NCBI GenBank assembly: GCA_963767735.1
Contig: CAVYES010000010.1
Coordinates: 15,581-79,580 of the forward strand
Direction: 5' to 3'
DNA length: 64,000 nucleotides
DNA from: Candidatus Bathyarchaeota archaeon
GTDB taxonomy: Archaea > Thermoproteota > Bathyarchaeia > Bathyarchaeales > Bathycorpusculaceae
Part shown: positions 20,978-31,708 of the stretch, piece after piece
How the letters are laid out: every line of letters starts with the position of its first letter
Position numbering within the stretch: position 1 is the stretch's first letter
Notes under the pieces: model-generated
Told to the model about the DNA's origin: nothing
Seen by the model: the letters and a program-made list of their open reading frames with translations, nothing else
The model's database searches: none
Made by a program: the position numbers and the translations under genes

Positions 20978-23128
20978 AGTTTGTATTAAAACGTGATAGT
21001 AAATTAGAATCCTTCGACCAAGAACGTATAACAAACGCCATTTGGAAAGCCGCAAAAGCAGTAGGCGGAACAGACAAAGAGCTAGCAAAACGCTTAAGCG
21101 ACGAAGTAGTGGCTGAACTGCAAAAAACTTACGGCGACGATGGAGTGCCCACAGTTGAGGAAATCCAAGATGTCGTTGAAAAACGTTTAATCGAAAATGG
21201 GCATGCACAGACGGCGAAAGCCTACATTCTCTATAGAAAACAGCATACTGACATGCGTGAGTTAGCAGCATTGCTGAGCTCCTCAGACATGGTGGACCAG
21301 TACCTTGAGGTTGAGGACTGGCGGGTTAAAGAAAACAGCAACATGAGCTATTCCCTGCAGGGATTGAACAATTATCTATCATCCACTGTGATAGCTAAGT
21401 ACTGGATATCAAGGATTTACCCCCAAAATATTGCTGACGCACACTTTTCAGGCGACATGCATATTCACGATTTAGGCGTATTAGGAGCATACTGTGTCGG
21501 CTGGGACGTAAGCGAACTATTGCTTTCAGGATTCGGCGGTGTATCAGGTAAAATTGAGAGCAAACCAGCAAAACATTTCCGGACAGCATTGGGTCAGGTT
21601 GTGAACTTTTTCTATACGTTGCAGGGTGAAGCAGCAGGAGCGCAGGCGTTTAGCAACTTTGACACTTACCTTGCTCCATTCATACGATATGATAAACTGA
21701 CACAGAAGGATGTTGAGCAGGCGCTTCAGGAATTCTTCTTCAACATGAACGTGCCGACCCGAGTGGGTTTCCAGACACCCTTTACCAATTTAACGTTAGA
21801 TTTGACTGTGCCAGACTTCATGAAGAACGAGGCGGTTCTTTTCAATGGAAAGGTAACCCAAGATACATACGGCGACATGACTAAGGAAATGGAAATGTTC
21901 AATTTAGCCTTCGCTGAAGTCATGCGGCAAGGCGACTCGAAAGGCAGAGTTTTCACTTTCCCAATTCCCACATACAACATAACTAAAGATTTCAATTGGG
22001 ATTCACCTGTAGCTCAAGCCATCTTTGAAGTCACAGCCAAGTATGGTGTGCCGTACTTCTCAAATTTTGTTAACAGCGACATGAAACCTGAAGATGTGCG
22101 CAGTATGTGCTGCCGCCTAAGAATAGACAACCGCGAGTTACGCAAGCGGGGCGGCGGATTCTTCGGCGCCAACCCATTAACAGGCAGCATAGGCGTTGTT
22201 ACCTTGAACATTCCAAGAATCGGCTACTTATCCAAGGATGAGGACGAATTCTTTGAGCGTTTAGAAAACCTGATGGAAGTTGCAAAATCAAGTTTGGAAA
22301 TTAAGCGTAAAGTGCTTGAAGCGTTTACAGATAACGGTTTATACCCGTATTCAAGGCGTTACCTGCGTCATGTGAAAGAAGGCTATGGCAAGTATTGGAA
22401 GAACCACTTTTCCACCATAGGCATAGTAGGCGTGAATGAAGCAATCATAAACTTGCTAGGGCAAAATATTGCGTCGCGTGATGGACAAGCTTTCGCCGTT
22501 AAAATGTTAGATTTCATGCGGAACCGTTTAGCAGATTATCAAGAGGAAACAGGCAGCATCTACAATCTTGAAGCAACCCCTGCTGAAGGCACATCTTACA
22601 GGCTTGCCCGCATAGACAAACGCCGATACAAAGACATCATATTCGCTAACCAAAAACAAGTAATCGCAGACCATGCAGAACCATTCTACACAAATTCTTC
22701 CCAGCTGCCCGTTGACTTCTGCCGGCGACCTCTTCGAAGCGCTGGAACATCAGGAAACTTTGCAGACGCTCTACACTGGAGGTACCGTGTTTCACATTTT
22801 CCTTGGCGAGAGGCTTAACTCTTGGAAAGCTGCCGCCGAACTAATCAAAAAAGTAGCTTGGAACTCAAAGCTGCCCTACTTCACGTTAACGCCGACTTTC
22901 AGCGTTTGCCCAACCCACGGCTACACAAACGGCGAACACAAACTTTGCCCAACCTGCGGAGCAAACTGCGAAGTCTACTCACGAGTAGTCGGCTACTTAC
23001 GACCAGTTGACCAATGGAACGATGGAAAACAAGCAGAATTCGCTATACGCAAAACCTTCGACCGATCAACCATAATGACTCGCATCCCCTCAAACATCTA
23101 TAGAGGAAAGGTAAAAAATGAAGTTTAG
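20974..23128 (+). CDS. nrdD: anaerobic class III ribonucleoside-triphosphate reductase with ATP cone; apparent indel ~22720
   Basis: VLKRD ATP cone, HIHDL, TFPIPT, RSMCCRL, EATPAEG; second frame has zinc site and glycyl-radical YSRVVGYL. Confidence 0.9.
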
Positions 23129-23795
23129 CGGATTACAGAAAACAAGCCTTCTCGACTACCCCGATAAAGTAGCCAGCGTGCTGTTCACTCCAGGCTGCAA
23201 CCTGCGTTGCCCGTTCTGCCATAACTGGCGCATAGCCGTAGATCCGCAGCCGCCGTTTCTGCAGGAAGCTGCTGCACTTGAAATCTTGGAAAGACGCAGA
23301 AAATACGTTGACGCGGTAGTGGTGACTGGCGGAGAACCATGCATGCATAAGGAGTTGCCGAAATTCCTCGCTAAACTTAAGGAACGCGGCTTTATGGTTA
23401 AATTGGATACGAACGGTTTCTACCCAGAAGTGCTTGAGGAATGCCTTGGCAGCGTAGATTACGTTGCTATGGACGTAAAAACCTGCAAGGAAAAATACAA
23501 GCTGCTCGGCGCCCAAGACACAGCTGGGCTTATGCGAACCATGGAAATCCTAAAAACAGGCAAGGTACCCTACGAATTCAGAACAACCGTAGTGCCAGAA
23601 ATAGTCACCGCCCAAGACGCCACATGCATCGGCGAACTGGTAAAAGGCTCAAAAAACCATGCACTCCAACAATTCATCCCACAAGATACACTGGATAAAA
23701 GATTCCAAACACTCAAACCTTACGCGCCAGAAACAATCAATGACTTCGCAGAAATAATCCGTAAATACACAGAAAACATTTCTCTTCGTCTCTAA
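23118..23795 (+). CDS. nrdG: anaerobic RNR activating radical SAM protein
   Basis: GCNLRCPFCHN, TGGEP, LDTNG; directly follows nrdD. Confidence 0.9.
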   Translation: MKFSGLQKTSLLDYPDKVASVLFTPGCNLRCPFCHNWRIAVDPQPPFLQEAAALEILERRRKYVDAVVVTGGEPCMHKELPKFLAKLKERGFMVKLDTNGFYPEVLEECLGSVDYVAMDVKTCKEKYKLLGAQDTAGLMRTMEILKTGKVPYEFRTTVVPEIVTAQDATCIGELVKGSKNHALQQFIPQDTLDKRFQTLKPYAPETINDFAEIIRKYTENISLRL

Positions 23796-23937
23796 AATTT
23801 AACAAAATTGCTTTGCTTCCATTACTAATGAGCAATCGACAAAATGGAGACAACCAAATCGGAAAAATTCAAAACCTCTTCAAGTTGCATATCAATTTAC
23901 CGAAAAAACTTTTATGTAAACAATCACTTGTAATGTT

Positions 23938-24960
23938 ATGGCTAAATTTCTTTCTTGCAGTGAACTGTATGAAACGATTCAACGTAAATCCTCAGAGGCG
24001 AAAGAAATTTTATGGGTGTGTTCTCCAGATATTGGAACTGGTGCCCACAAGGTTTTCTCGCAAGAAATCCTAAAAAATCCTCCGTTAGATATTCGATTTG
24101 TTCTTCGACTTGATGATATAGCAATCAAGCGAGGCGAAACCGATCCCTATGAGATTCAATACTTTATCGAGCATTTTAGAGATGGCAGCATCAAATCTCA
24201 TGATACTTTTCATTCAATCATTTACATTTTTGATAATTCTGCGTTGATAACATCAGCCAGCTTGACGGTAACTGCTTTTGAACACAATACTGAAGCTGGA
24301 GTACTGCTTGATGGTTCAGAAGTAGAGGAAATTAAACGCTACTTTGAAGAAAGACTATGGGCAAACGCAAAAACGATAGGTGACTTGAAGAAACTAAAGA
24401 AAACATGGAATCTAACCCAAAAGACAACTGCAAATGTTAATTTGAATAAGATTAAGCTTCATACCAAAATCAAAGATTGGACAGATAATTACGTTAATGC
24501 TTGGTATATTGCGGTTCCAAATCGGTTGTCCCAAAAGATTGAACATAAGATAAAGAAGGAAACGGGTTGGGCAAGGGAACTTTTGCTCATAGGTGACATT
24601 GGTTATAACGCTTTTAAGCAGTTAAAACTCGGTGACTTAACTTATCTTGCTAACCTGTACAAGAAAACTGGTAAAATAGAGATTGAATCAGCTCGGGTTT
24701 TTGACAAAAGCAAAGTGGAAACTGACGAAGGGGATCTGCATGTTGCGTGCCAGGTGCAGAAAAACTATTTGCTTGAACGTGAACAGTTTAATGAGCTTTT
24801 AAAAAACATGAAAATTCCCTCAAGAACCTGCGAAACAATACTTAACGGAGAACAACTAAATCATCTGAACAGCACTCTCGTGCAAATTAAACACAAAAGA
24901 AAAATAAAACCCAAACTGAAAAACCAGAATTTCCCAAAAAAAGCTGTGCAAAAAGAGTAA
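23938..24960 (+). CDS. phospholipase D-like domain protein with degenerate HKD motif
   Basis: HSIIYIFD...TSASLT...NTEAG corresponds to HxKxxxxD...GSxNLT...NxE with K and N substituted. Confidence 0.6.
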   Translation: MAKFLSCSELYETIQRKSSEAKEILWVCSPDIGTGAHKVFSQEILKNPPLDIRFVLRLDDIAIKRGETDPYEIQYFIEHFRDGSIKSHDTFHSIIYIFDNSALITSASLTVTAFEHNTEAGVLLDGSEVEEIKRYFEERLWANAKTIGDLKKLKKTWNLTQKTTANVNLNKIKLHTKIKDWTDNYVNAWYIAVPNRLSQKIEHKIKKETGWARELLLIGDIGYNAFKQLKLGDLTYLANLYKKTGKIEIESARVFDKSKVETDEGDLHVACQVQKNYLLEREQFNELLKNMKIPSRTCETILNGEQLNHLNSTLVQIKHKRKIKPKLKNQNFPKKAVQKE

Positions 24961-25263
24961 CCTTAAGGTAAAAGTTAAATCGAAAATAAGGAAAACTTTT
25001 GGTGCGAACATTTTTTGTTCTGCAATGGACTTGGTCTATATTAATGTCAGTCTAAAATTTTAGGTCTGACCTGCACATTTACGCCTAAGACATTGTCAGT
25101 GTGTACACCCAAAAATATTTTCAATTTAGGTGCTTTCGTGCTTAACAGTGGTTTTGTTGGGATTTAACAAACGCTTTTTTACATGGTTTAATTAATCCTC
25201 TGTCGAAGAGGCGAGAGGCTGTCCGTTAAACAATCAGGCACATCGGAAGGCGAAAACCAACAT

Positions 25264-26880
25264 TTGGCTAGCTCCTCCTCGGTGTTTCGGCTGAAACTTG
25301 CAGTCAAAGCTAACAAGTGGCGTCTGCTTTTCCTAGTTTTCGCCGTAGTCTATGCGTATCTGGTTACGTTAAGTCTGGGCTACATGTCAACGCAATGGGA
25401 TGAGATGCCTCACTTGCTCGGCGCCCTACTTTTGACCCGCGGGCAAACACAAACGTATTTGACTACGTACGGTTATTACCCTCCGCTTTTAGACCTCTTT
25501 ACAACTCTATACATACACATTTTCGGGGTAACCTCCGTTGCAGGAAGATTAGTTTCGGTAACTTTTTCCCTGCTTGCTCTCTGGATTGTTTTCGAGTTTT
25601 GCAAAAAGATCTATGGACCCAAAAATGCTCTTCTGGCAAGCATTATACTTGGGACAATGCCTGGGTTCTTTTGGCTTTCAAGAATAACCTTGCTGGAAAC
25701 AATGCTCATATTCTTTTTTACATTGGTAATGTTCTTTTTTTACTCTTGGATAACTAAGAACAGCAACAAAGCACTTCTCTTCAGCGCAGTAGCCCTTGGA
25801 ATAGGTATTCTTGCAGAATACGAGATTCTTGTTGCAGTTGTAGCAATGGCCGTTAGCGTTCTGTTCTTTTGCAGAAAAAAATTCAAGATAAGCTTGACAA
25901 AACTCGTAATTCTGCTTATCATAGTGGTTGTTGTGGCAGCGCCTTGGTTTATAATGGTGTTCCAGGCTGATGGTTCAACAAAATTTCAAACATTAGAGTA
26001 TGTCCTACAGGGAGGCGACCAAAACCGTCCGGTATACAGCAACCGATTTTTTTCGCCAGTTTTCTACTTGATTGAAATGTCTTGGCCCTTTAACGGCGTC
26101 CCCGTTAATCCCATCTCGCTGCCCATTTTCATTTTAGGCTTATGCGGGTTAGGATTGTTTGCTTACCGAAGAAAAAAACAAGATGCCTTCTTACTCACAT
26201 GGTTTGTTGTCGTTTATGTTTTCTTCACCATCATCCCAAACAGGCAATGGCGCTACGTGACCCCTCTTTTCCCAATTTTAGCTATTTCAGCCGCATGCTT
26301 CATCATGTTTCTCTACAGCAAAATTCAAACGTGGAAGCCCAAGCAGATAGGTCTTGGCGGAGAACGCTACAAAAAGCTTGCAGCGGCACTCTTCATTATT
26401 ATCGTGGCATCAACGATTCTCTACAGCAGTTATAACGCGTATGGGATGACCGCTCGAGATCAAACTGACATCCCAATCCAGCAGACAGCAAACTACTTGG
26501 CTGCTCACTTGGGGCAAAACCAGTCAGCGGTGATTGTCTGCGCCTTCAACCTTTTAGACCAAGACATGTTCCAGTTTTACTTGCCAGCAAACATGTCATC
26601 AAACCAGATTTGGCAGTACCCAGCCTTAGCCGTTGACGCCTACACACCTAACTTTAACATAACCCAATTCGTAAACCTATGCGAACAAAATAACGTCAAA
26701 TACATAATTCTCTATGATTATGGAAGCCAAACAGCATTTTACAACACAACCCTAACCTACTCAAACATCCTCCAACAGATCGCCAATACAGGCAGGTTCG
26801 GTGTCCCTACAGATCAGCCTTTCTTTGGCCAAATGCCACACAGGCTTTTCTTAGTCCGTTTCAATCAAACCCAAACCTGA
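25264..26880 (+). CDS. GT-C glycosyltransferase (ArnT/PMT, GT39/83-like)
   Basis: WDE motif after first TM, YPP, many TM helices, RYVTP. Confidence 0.8.
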   Translation: MASSSSVFRLKLAVKANKWRLLFLVFAVVYAYLVTLSLGYMSTQWDEMPHLLGALLLTRGQTQTYLTTYGYYPPLLDLFTTLYIHIFGVTSVAGRLVSVTFSLLALWIVFEFCKKIYGPKNALLASIILGTMPGFFWLSRITLLETMLIFFFTLVMFFFYSWITKNSNKALLFSAVALGIGILAEYEILVAVVAMAVSVLFFCRKKFKISLTKLVILLIIVVVVAAPWFIMVFQADGSTKFQTLEYVLQGGDQNRPVYSNRFFSPVFYLIEMSWPFNGVPVNPISLPIFILGLCGLGLFAYRRKKQDAFLLTWFVVVYVFFTIIPNRQWRYVTPLFPILAISAACFIMFLYSKIQTWKPKQIGLGGERYKKLAAALFIIIVASTILYSSYNAYGMTARDQTDIPIQQTANYLAAHLGQNQSAVIVCAFNLLDQDMFQFYLPANMSSNQIWQYPALAVDAYTPNFNITQFVNLCEQNNVKYIILYDYGSQTAFYNTTLTYSNILQQIANTGRFGVPTDQPFFGQMPHRLFLVRFNQTQT

Positions 26881-26882
26881 CA

Positions 26883-27329
26883 CTAACCGATTTCTAAAAA
26901 TTCAAAACCCGTATCCTTGTCTTTAGCTCTTTTAGCTGCTGAAGCAGACAGCTCCAAAATAACGACCTCGCCTATTTGCCATACATCAACGCCCATGCGC
27001 ACGCAGCCCGTAACCGCCGTGTCATTTCTTCCAAAGCTTGCATGCATATGCAGTTTCGGTTTACCCTGCTCATCAGTGAAGATTGTTCCTACACCGCATC
27101 CTTCGTGCACGCCCTTCAAAAGCGTCACCATCGGTTCAGGCGGAAGCACTGCGCCATCTTTTGGTCCCACGACAACTTTGCTTTTGTCTTCTGCGCCACC
27201 TAAAAAGAAGCACAAAGCACTCGAAACCTGCTTTTCGGCAGCAAATTTTTCTATAACTTCATGTAAACGCTCGCCTTGGTGGAGTCTAAGTATGAAGATT
27301 CTTCCAAGTTCAGCTTCAGTGTAGTTCAA
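26883..27329 (-). CDS. PPC/DUF296 domain protein
   Basis: LRLHQGE, FLGG, LHMH motifs. Confidence 0.8.
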   Translation of the reverse strand: MNYTEAELGRIFILRLHQGERLHEVIEKFAAEKQVSSALCFFLGGAEDKSKVVVGPKDGAVLPPEPMVTLLKGVHEGCGVGTIFTDEQGKPKLHMHASFGRNDTAVTGCVRMGVDVWQIGEVVILELSASAAKRAKDKDTGFEFLEIG

Positions 27330-27727
27330 GGTTTTGCCCCTTTTTCATCAAAACTGATGGGTAGTCGAATATAAAAGATTTCAACTTTGGCAAAAGTGCA
27401 CGGGTATTGGAGAAGAAGCCTTTTGGTGATTATACCCTGTTTAAGTAGAGAATCTGTTTTGCATCTTCTTTTCGTTTTTGCATAGGCACATTTGATGAGC
27501 TGCCATCCTTGGTCATAACCGCGCTTTCGACGGTTATCTGGCAGTTTGACAAGTTCCCGGTGCCATTTTTCTGAGTCATATTTTTCAACCTCTTGAAGAG
27601 TCCCGTCATGTATTAGATTAAACTTATAAATGTTATCCCGATTTAAAAGAGACTTTATGAATCAATAAATTTATTGTTAATAAGGATTATGACTATGGAT
27701 TGATTACGTTTTAAACAGATTTGTCAG

Positions 27728-28324
27728 TCAGCGTTTGAAACGGTCGTTTCGCCACACGTCTGCGCTGTCACTGTACCCTCTTCGTTCCCAGAAGCCTAAC
27801 TCTTTGCCGCGAGTAAGCCGCAAATGGACCACCCACAATGCACTCTTGTACGCGTACTTATTGGGCACTACGAGGCGCATTGGAAAACCGTACCCTTCCT
27901 CCAACACTTTATCGTTCAGTTTGTAAGCTAAAAGCACATCATCGCCTTTGAGTTCTTCTCGGAAAAGCGAAGTAGTATAGGAGTCAGCGCATTCAAAAGT
28001 TACCGCTTTAGCGACATCTTTTGGCTTAACAAGCTTCTCGATTTCTCGCATATGAACGCCTTCCCACTTGCAATCCAGCACGCTCCAGCTTTCAACGCAG
28101 TGGAAATCGCTGATTGAGATGGTTTTGGGTAACTTCATGAAGTCATTCCAGCTTAGCTTCACTGGATTTTCCACTTCACCATCGATTGCGAGCGTGTAGG
28201 TTTCAAGTTTAAGCTCAGGGTTAGCTGAGGTTATGCCAGGATGGTCACTGCCCCAACGCAAAATGTGGTCAGTGGCAGTTTGGTCAGGCGGCAACTTTCT
28301 TTTCTTTCGCTCTTCCCAAGACAA
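27728..28324 (-). CDS. molybdopterin-dependent oxidoreductase (sulfite oxidase/MsrP-like catalytic domain)
   Basis: DFHCVESWS...WEGV, GFPMRLVVPNKYAYKSALW, GFWERRGY. Confidence 0.88.
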   Translation of the reverse strand: MSWEERKKRKLPPDQTATDHILRWGSDHPGITSANPELKLETYTLAIDGEVENPVKLSWNDFMKLPKTISISDFHCVESWSVLDCKWEGVHMREIEKLVKPKDVAKAVTFECADSYTTSLFREELKGDDVLLAYKLNDKVLEEGYGFPMRLVVPNKYAYKSALWVVHLRLTRGKELGFWERRGYSDSADVWRNDRFKR

Positions 28325-28376
28325 AAATTTAACCCCACTTAAAATGGGTTTGCGAGAAGAAAAAGCTTGCTTAGAT

Positions 28377-29480
28377 TTAACTTGTTTGGAAAAAGCTTGT
28401 CAACTGCTTTTGCTGCGGCTCTTCCCTGCTGAAGCCTGAGACTTTCACTCCGACTCTTCGAACCTCAAGCTGAGTTTCACTTAGGAACTTCCCGAATAAC
28501 TCTTTTACATTTTCTCTGATTGTTTCTGCGTCTTTGGCTGGCTGCTCAAGCGTCACTGACCTGCTTTTGCAGCTTAAATCCGTCAAAACCACATAAATTG
28601 CAACTTGCTTAAAACTCAAGTTCTTCTCCGCAACCTCTTTTGAAACATCCTTGGTCAGTTCGTCTGTTTTCTGCAAAATAAACTCTAAATCACGCGAATC
28701 CTGCTTCAAAGTGCCGATTCGGCTCACTGATTCAGCCTCACCTTGCTCTTGAACAGCTTCATTATCAATTGCGTTAGCGGCATTATGGAAGTAGAGTCCT
28801 AAGATTTTGCCCCAAATAGCTATGAGTTTTTGCACATCATAATTGGCTAAGTCACTGACTGTTTTGATGCCCAGCGAATCCATTTTTGCCGCCGTCTTCT
28901 TTCCCACTCCTAAGAGCCGATTCACAGGCAACGGCCCAAGAAAACTCTTCGCCTCGTCTGGGAGCACAATTGTTAAGCCGTCGGGTTTTTGGTTGTCACA
29001 GGCAATCTTAGCCACAAGCTTGTTAGGACCAACGCCAACTGTAAAAGAAATGCCCACTTGACCTTTAACTTCCGTTTTTATTTTCTGAGCGTAATCCTTT
29101 GCCTTCCCGAAGCTGCCTTGGACTTGCTCTGTAACGTCCAAATAGGCTTCGTCAACGCTGACTTGCTCAAGACTGGTTGCGTAGCCGCGGAGAATCTGCA
29201 TTATTCTGTTGCTTATTTGATCGTAGTATTCGTGGTCAACTGGCAGAAAAACCGCGTCTGTGCCCTCAAGCTTCCGCTTCGCAAGGAAGAGGGGCATACC
29301 GGATTTGACGCTGTATTTTCGGGCAATGTAGTTGCTTGTGCTCACTGCGCCGCTTTCCTCTGTGCGCCCCGAATAAACACCTACGACAACGGGCTTGTCT
29401 TTGATGGTTGGGTTGCGGAGCTCCTCGCATTGGGCAAAGAAATAGTCAAAATCAACCAGCATAATAACGCGGTTTTGCAT
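28377..29480 (-). CDS. dinB: DNA polymerase IV (Y family)
   Basis: VDFDYFFAQ, NYIARKY, SVDEAYLD, KLVAKIA, GVGKK. Confidence 0.93.
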   Translation of the reverse strand: MQNRVIMLVDFDYFFAQCEELRNPTIKDKPVVVGVYSGRTEESGAVSTSNYIARKYSVKSGMPLFLAKRKLEGTDAVFLPVDHEYYDQISNRIMQILRGYATSLEQVSVDEAYLDVTEQVQGSFGKAKDYAQKIKTEVKGQVGISFTVGVGPNKLVAKIACDNQKPDGLTIVLPDEAKSFLGPLPVNRLLGVGKKTAAKMDSLGIKTVSDLANYDVQKLIAIWGKILGLYFHNAANAIDNEAVQEQGEAESVSRIGTLKQDSRDLEFILQKTDELTKDVSKEVAEKNLSFKQVAIYVVLTDLSCKSRSVTLEQPAKDAETIRENVKELFGKFLSETQLEVRRVGVKVSGFSREEPQQKQLTSFFQTS

Positions 29481-29484
29481 CAAG

Positions 29485-30358
29485 TCACTTTCCCTTATCC
29501 GGCATAAGCCAAGACCCATCGCACGATGCCGTGTTCAACGCGGGTAAGCCTTCTCGGCAAACACCAAACTTCATATTATTCGCAACCGCCAAGTCACGAA
29601 CGCCTTTTAGAAGCTTGAACCTGAATTCTTTTGGCAAAAGTGCGCTGCCGCCGATTTTTTCGCCCTGCTGAAAATAAAGCGGTTTCAAATTCACGGCTAC
29701 TTTCGGCATGGCTTGGGTGAGTCGCATCCAATTATCAGGTTTAGCCTTATAAGTTGAGCATGTTAAATGTTTAACGCCTATGCTTGCCTAGGGCGGCGAC
29801 GAGTTTTTGCGGTTGGTCGTTCACGGAGGGTATGATTGGGTCTATTCGCACTGAGACGGGTATGCCCGATTTGATTAAGTCTTGCACCGCTCTAAGTCGT
29901 TGAGATGGCAAGGGTGCGTGTGGCTCGATGAGTTTTGCTATGTTATCATCATCTGTGGTTATGGTTAACGCTACAGTTGACGGAACCTTGCTTAACAAGT
30001 CATCGTCCCTTACCACTATGTTGCTTTTGGTGATGATTTGTATTTTGCAGTTGCTTTCCGCGAGAATTTCAAGGCATCGCCTTGTCAAACCAGCGGACAC
30101 TTCGGCACGCGGGTACGGGTCGGATGAGTTAGCTATTGAAATGGTTTCGCCGTTGAGTTTTGCGGCTTCCCGCTTAAAAGTTACAAGCAGGTCTTTTTTG
30201 GGTCTGCAATCGCTGAAGCTTGGGATGTAACTGGAAGCGTAGCAGTAAATGCATTGGTGGTCGCATCCAGTATAAGGGTTAAACGTAAGCTTCGGCGGGC
30301 AAGTGCACAGCCCAGAGCGCCATGGGTCAAACCTTGAAATTAACGGCACACATTTCAC
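29485..30358 (-). CDS. SPL-like radical SAM protein; apparent indel ~29790
   Basis: NPYTGCDHQCIYCY, SSDPY, RIDPI; continues in second frame to CREG...SCDG. Confidence 0.8.
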
Positions 30359-30421
30359 TTACGGCTATTTATGCGGGTTAGATAGACAAAAAGTATTCGC
30401 ATCAAAAAGGAATTTACAGGA

Positions 30422-30673
30422 TTAAAATGGCAAGTCAGTATCAAGGCATCTCATTGGATATTCACTCTTGAATTAAATGCCATCCTTTAGAGAGTTCAAT
30501 GCGAATCGCTTCCTCTTCTTTGTCTGTCATCTTCCAAGTTCCAATCAATCAGCTATTTTGCCTGATTTCTTTGTTAGGCGCAGAATAGTGTCTGTAAAGC
30601 CTTCTTTGTTTGCTTTCTCACTAAGCAAGGCCTTATACGCCTCTTCCGTTATTGAAATAGTCTTAGTGGTCAT
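30422..30673 (-). pseudogene. decayed vapBC pair (frameshifted VapB-type antitoxin plus 10-codon VapC stub)
   Basis: MTTKTISITEEAYKALLSEK...FTDTILRL broken after KIAD; followed by MRCLDTDL (PIN N-terminus) then stop; GTGTACAC palindrome upstream. Confidence 0.6.
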
Positions 30674-30811
30674 ATCTGTGTATGTGTACACGTGCATGGA
30701 TAAAGATTGTTAACGCAATTATCTCGCAGGAAAGCTAAGCTTTCAAAATACAGCTTTCTAATCTCAAATATGCACTTCGAAAGAAAAGCAGGCTTGTTTT
30801 TGATTTTTTGT

Positions 30812-31708
30812 TTAGGGTATAACGCCCATTCTTGAGAGTTCTTCTTTGAGGCTGTCTCTAATATTCTTCAAGCTCTGTCTCTTTTGAACGTAGTCGTCCC
30901 CGTTTATTTTGTCCGACTTGAAATCCCTGTCTAAACTTTCCAGCTCCAGGTTTATCTCGCCGACTCTCGCCTTTAACTGTTCGACGTAGGAGACGGCTTT
31001 CTCTCTAACTATGACCTCTGAAGGAGCTAAAGAGGTTTTTATCAAGCCATCTTCAATGCGCAGTATTCGGTTCGATGCCCTCGCAACGCTTGGGTCATGA
31101 GTAACCATAAGTATGGTTTTGCCCAATTCACGGTTCACCTTAACAAGATACTCCACTACAATCCTTGCGTTTTGGGTATCTAGCTCTCCAGTGGGTTCAT
31201 CTGCCAACAAAATAGGCGCATTATTTGCCAACGCCGCCGCTATGGCTATTCTTTGTTGTTCGCCGCCGCTTAACTCTTCAGGTTTATGGTCCGCTCGGTC
31301 TAGCAAGCCAACGGTTCCAAGCAATTCCGCCACGCGCTGCTTTCTCTTAGCCCGCGGAGCTCCAGATGCAACCATTGAAAACTCGACGTTTTCCTGCGCC
31401 GTCAGGGTTGGGATTAAGTTTAGGTTTTGGAAGATATGGCCGACTATTTTTCTTCTGTAGTCAACAAGTTGAGTGACTGAAAGGGCTGTCACTGTTTTGT
31501 CTCCTACTTGAACCGTGCCAGCTGTGGCTTTGTCTAAGCCGCCGATAATGTTTAGCAGGGTTGTTTTTCCGCTTCCGCTTGGGCCAATGATGGAAACCAG
31601 TTCGCCCGACGTTATGTCTAGGTTTAGTCCACGTAGTGCTTGGACTTCAATTTTGCCTGTGTGATGCACTTTAACAAGGTCTCGTATTTTGATGTCTAAT
31701 CCAGTCAT
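30812..31708 (-). CDS. ABC transporter ATP-binding protein (LolD/MacB-type)
   Basis: GPSGSGKT, LSGGEQQR, LLADEPT. Confidence 0.92.
   Translation of the reverse strand: MTGLDIKIRDLVKVHHTGKIEVQALRGLNLDITSGELVSIIGPSGSGKTTLLNIIGGLDKATAGTVQVGDKTVTALSVTQLVDYRRKIVGHIFQNLNLIPTLTAQENVEFSMVASGAPRAKRKQRVAELLGTVGLLDRADHKPEELSGGEQQRIAIAAALANNAPILLADEPTGELDTQNARIVVEYLVKVNRELGKTILMVTHDPSVARASNRILRIEDGLIKTSLAPSEVIVREKAVSYVEQLKARVGEINLELESLDRDFKSDKINGDDYVQKRQSLKNIRDSLKEELSRMGVIP

Noticed and set aside
22673-22818. Split nrdD as a natural two-subunit enzyme or intron/intein
   Set aside because: Removing one base near 22720 restores a continuous NrdD; no inserted sequence.
27330-27660. Possible small minus-strand gene between the PPC and molybdopterin genes
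   Set aside because: Two competing short frames with no recognisable motif.
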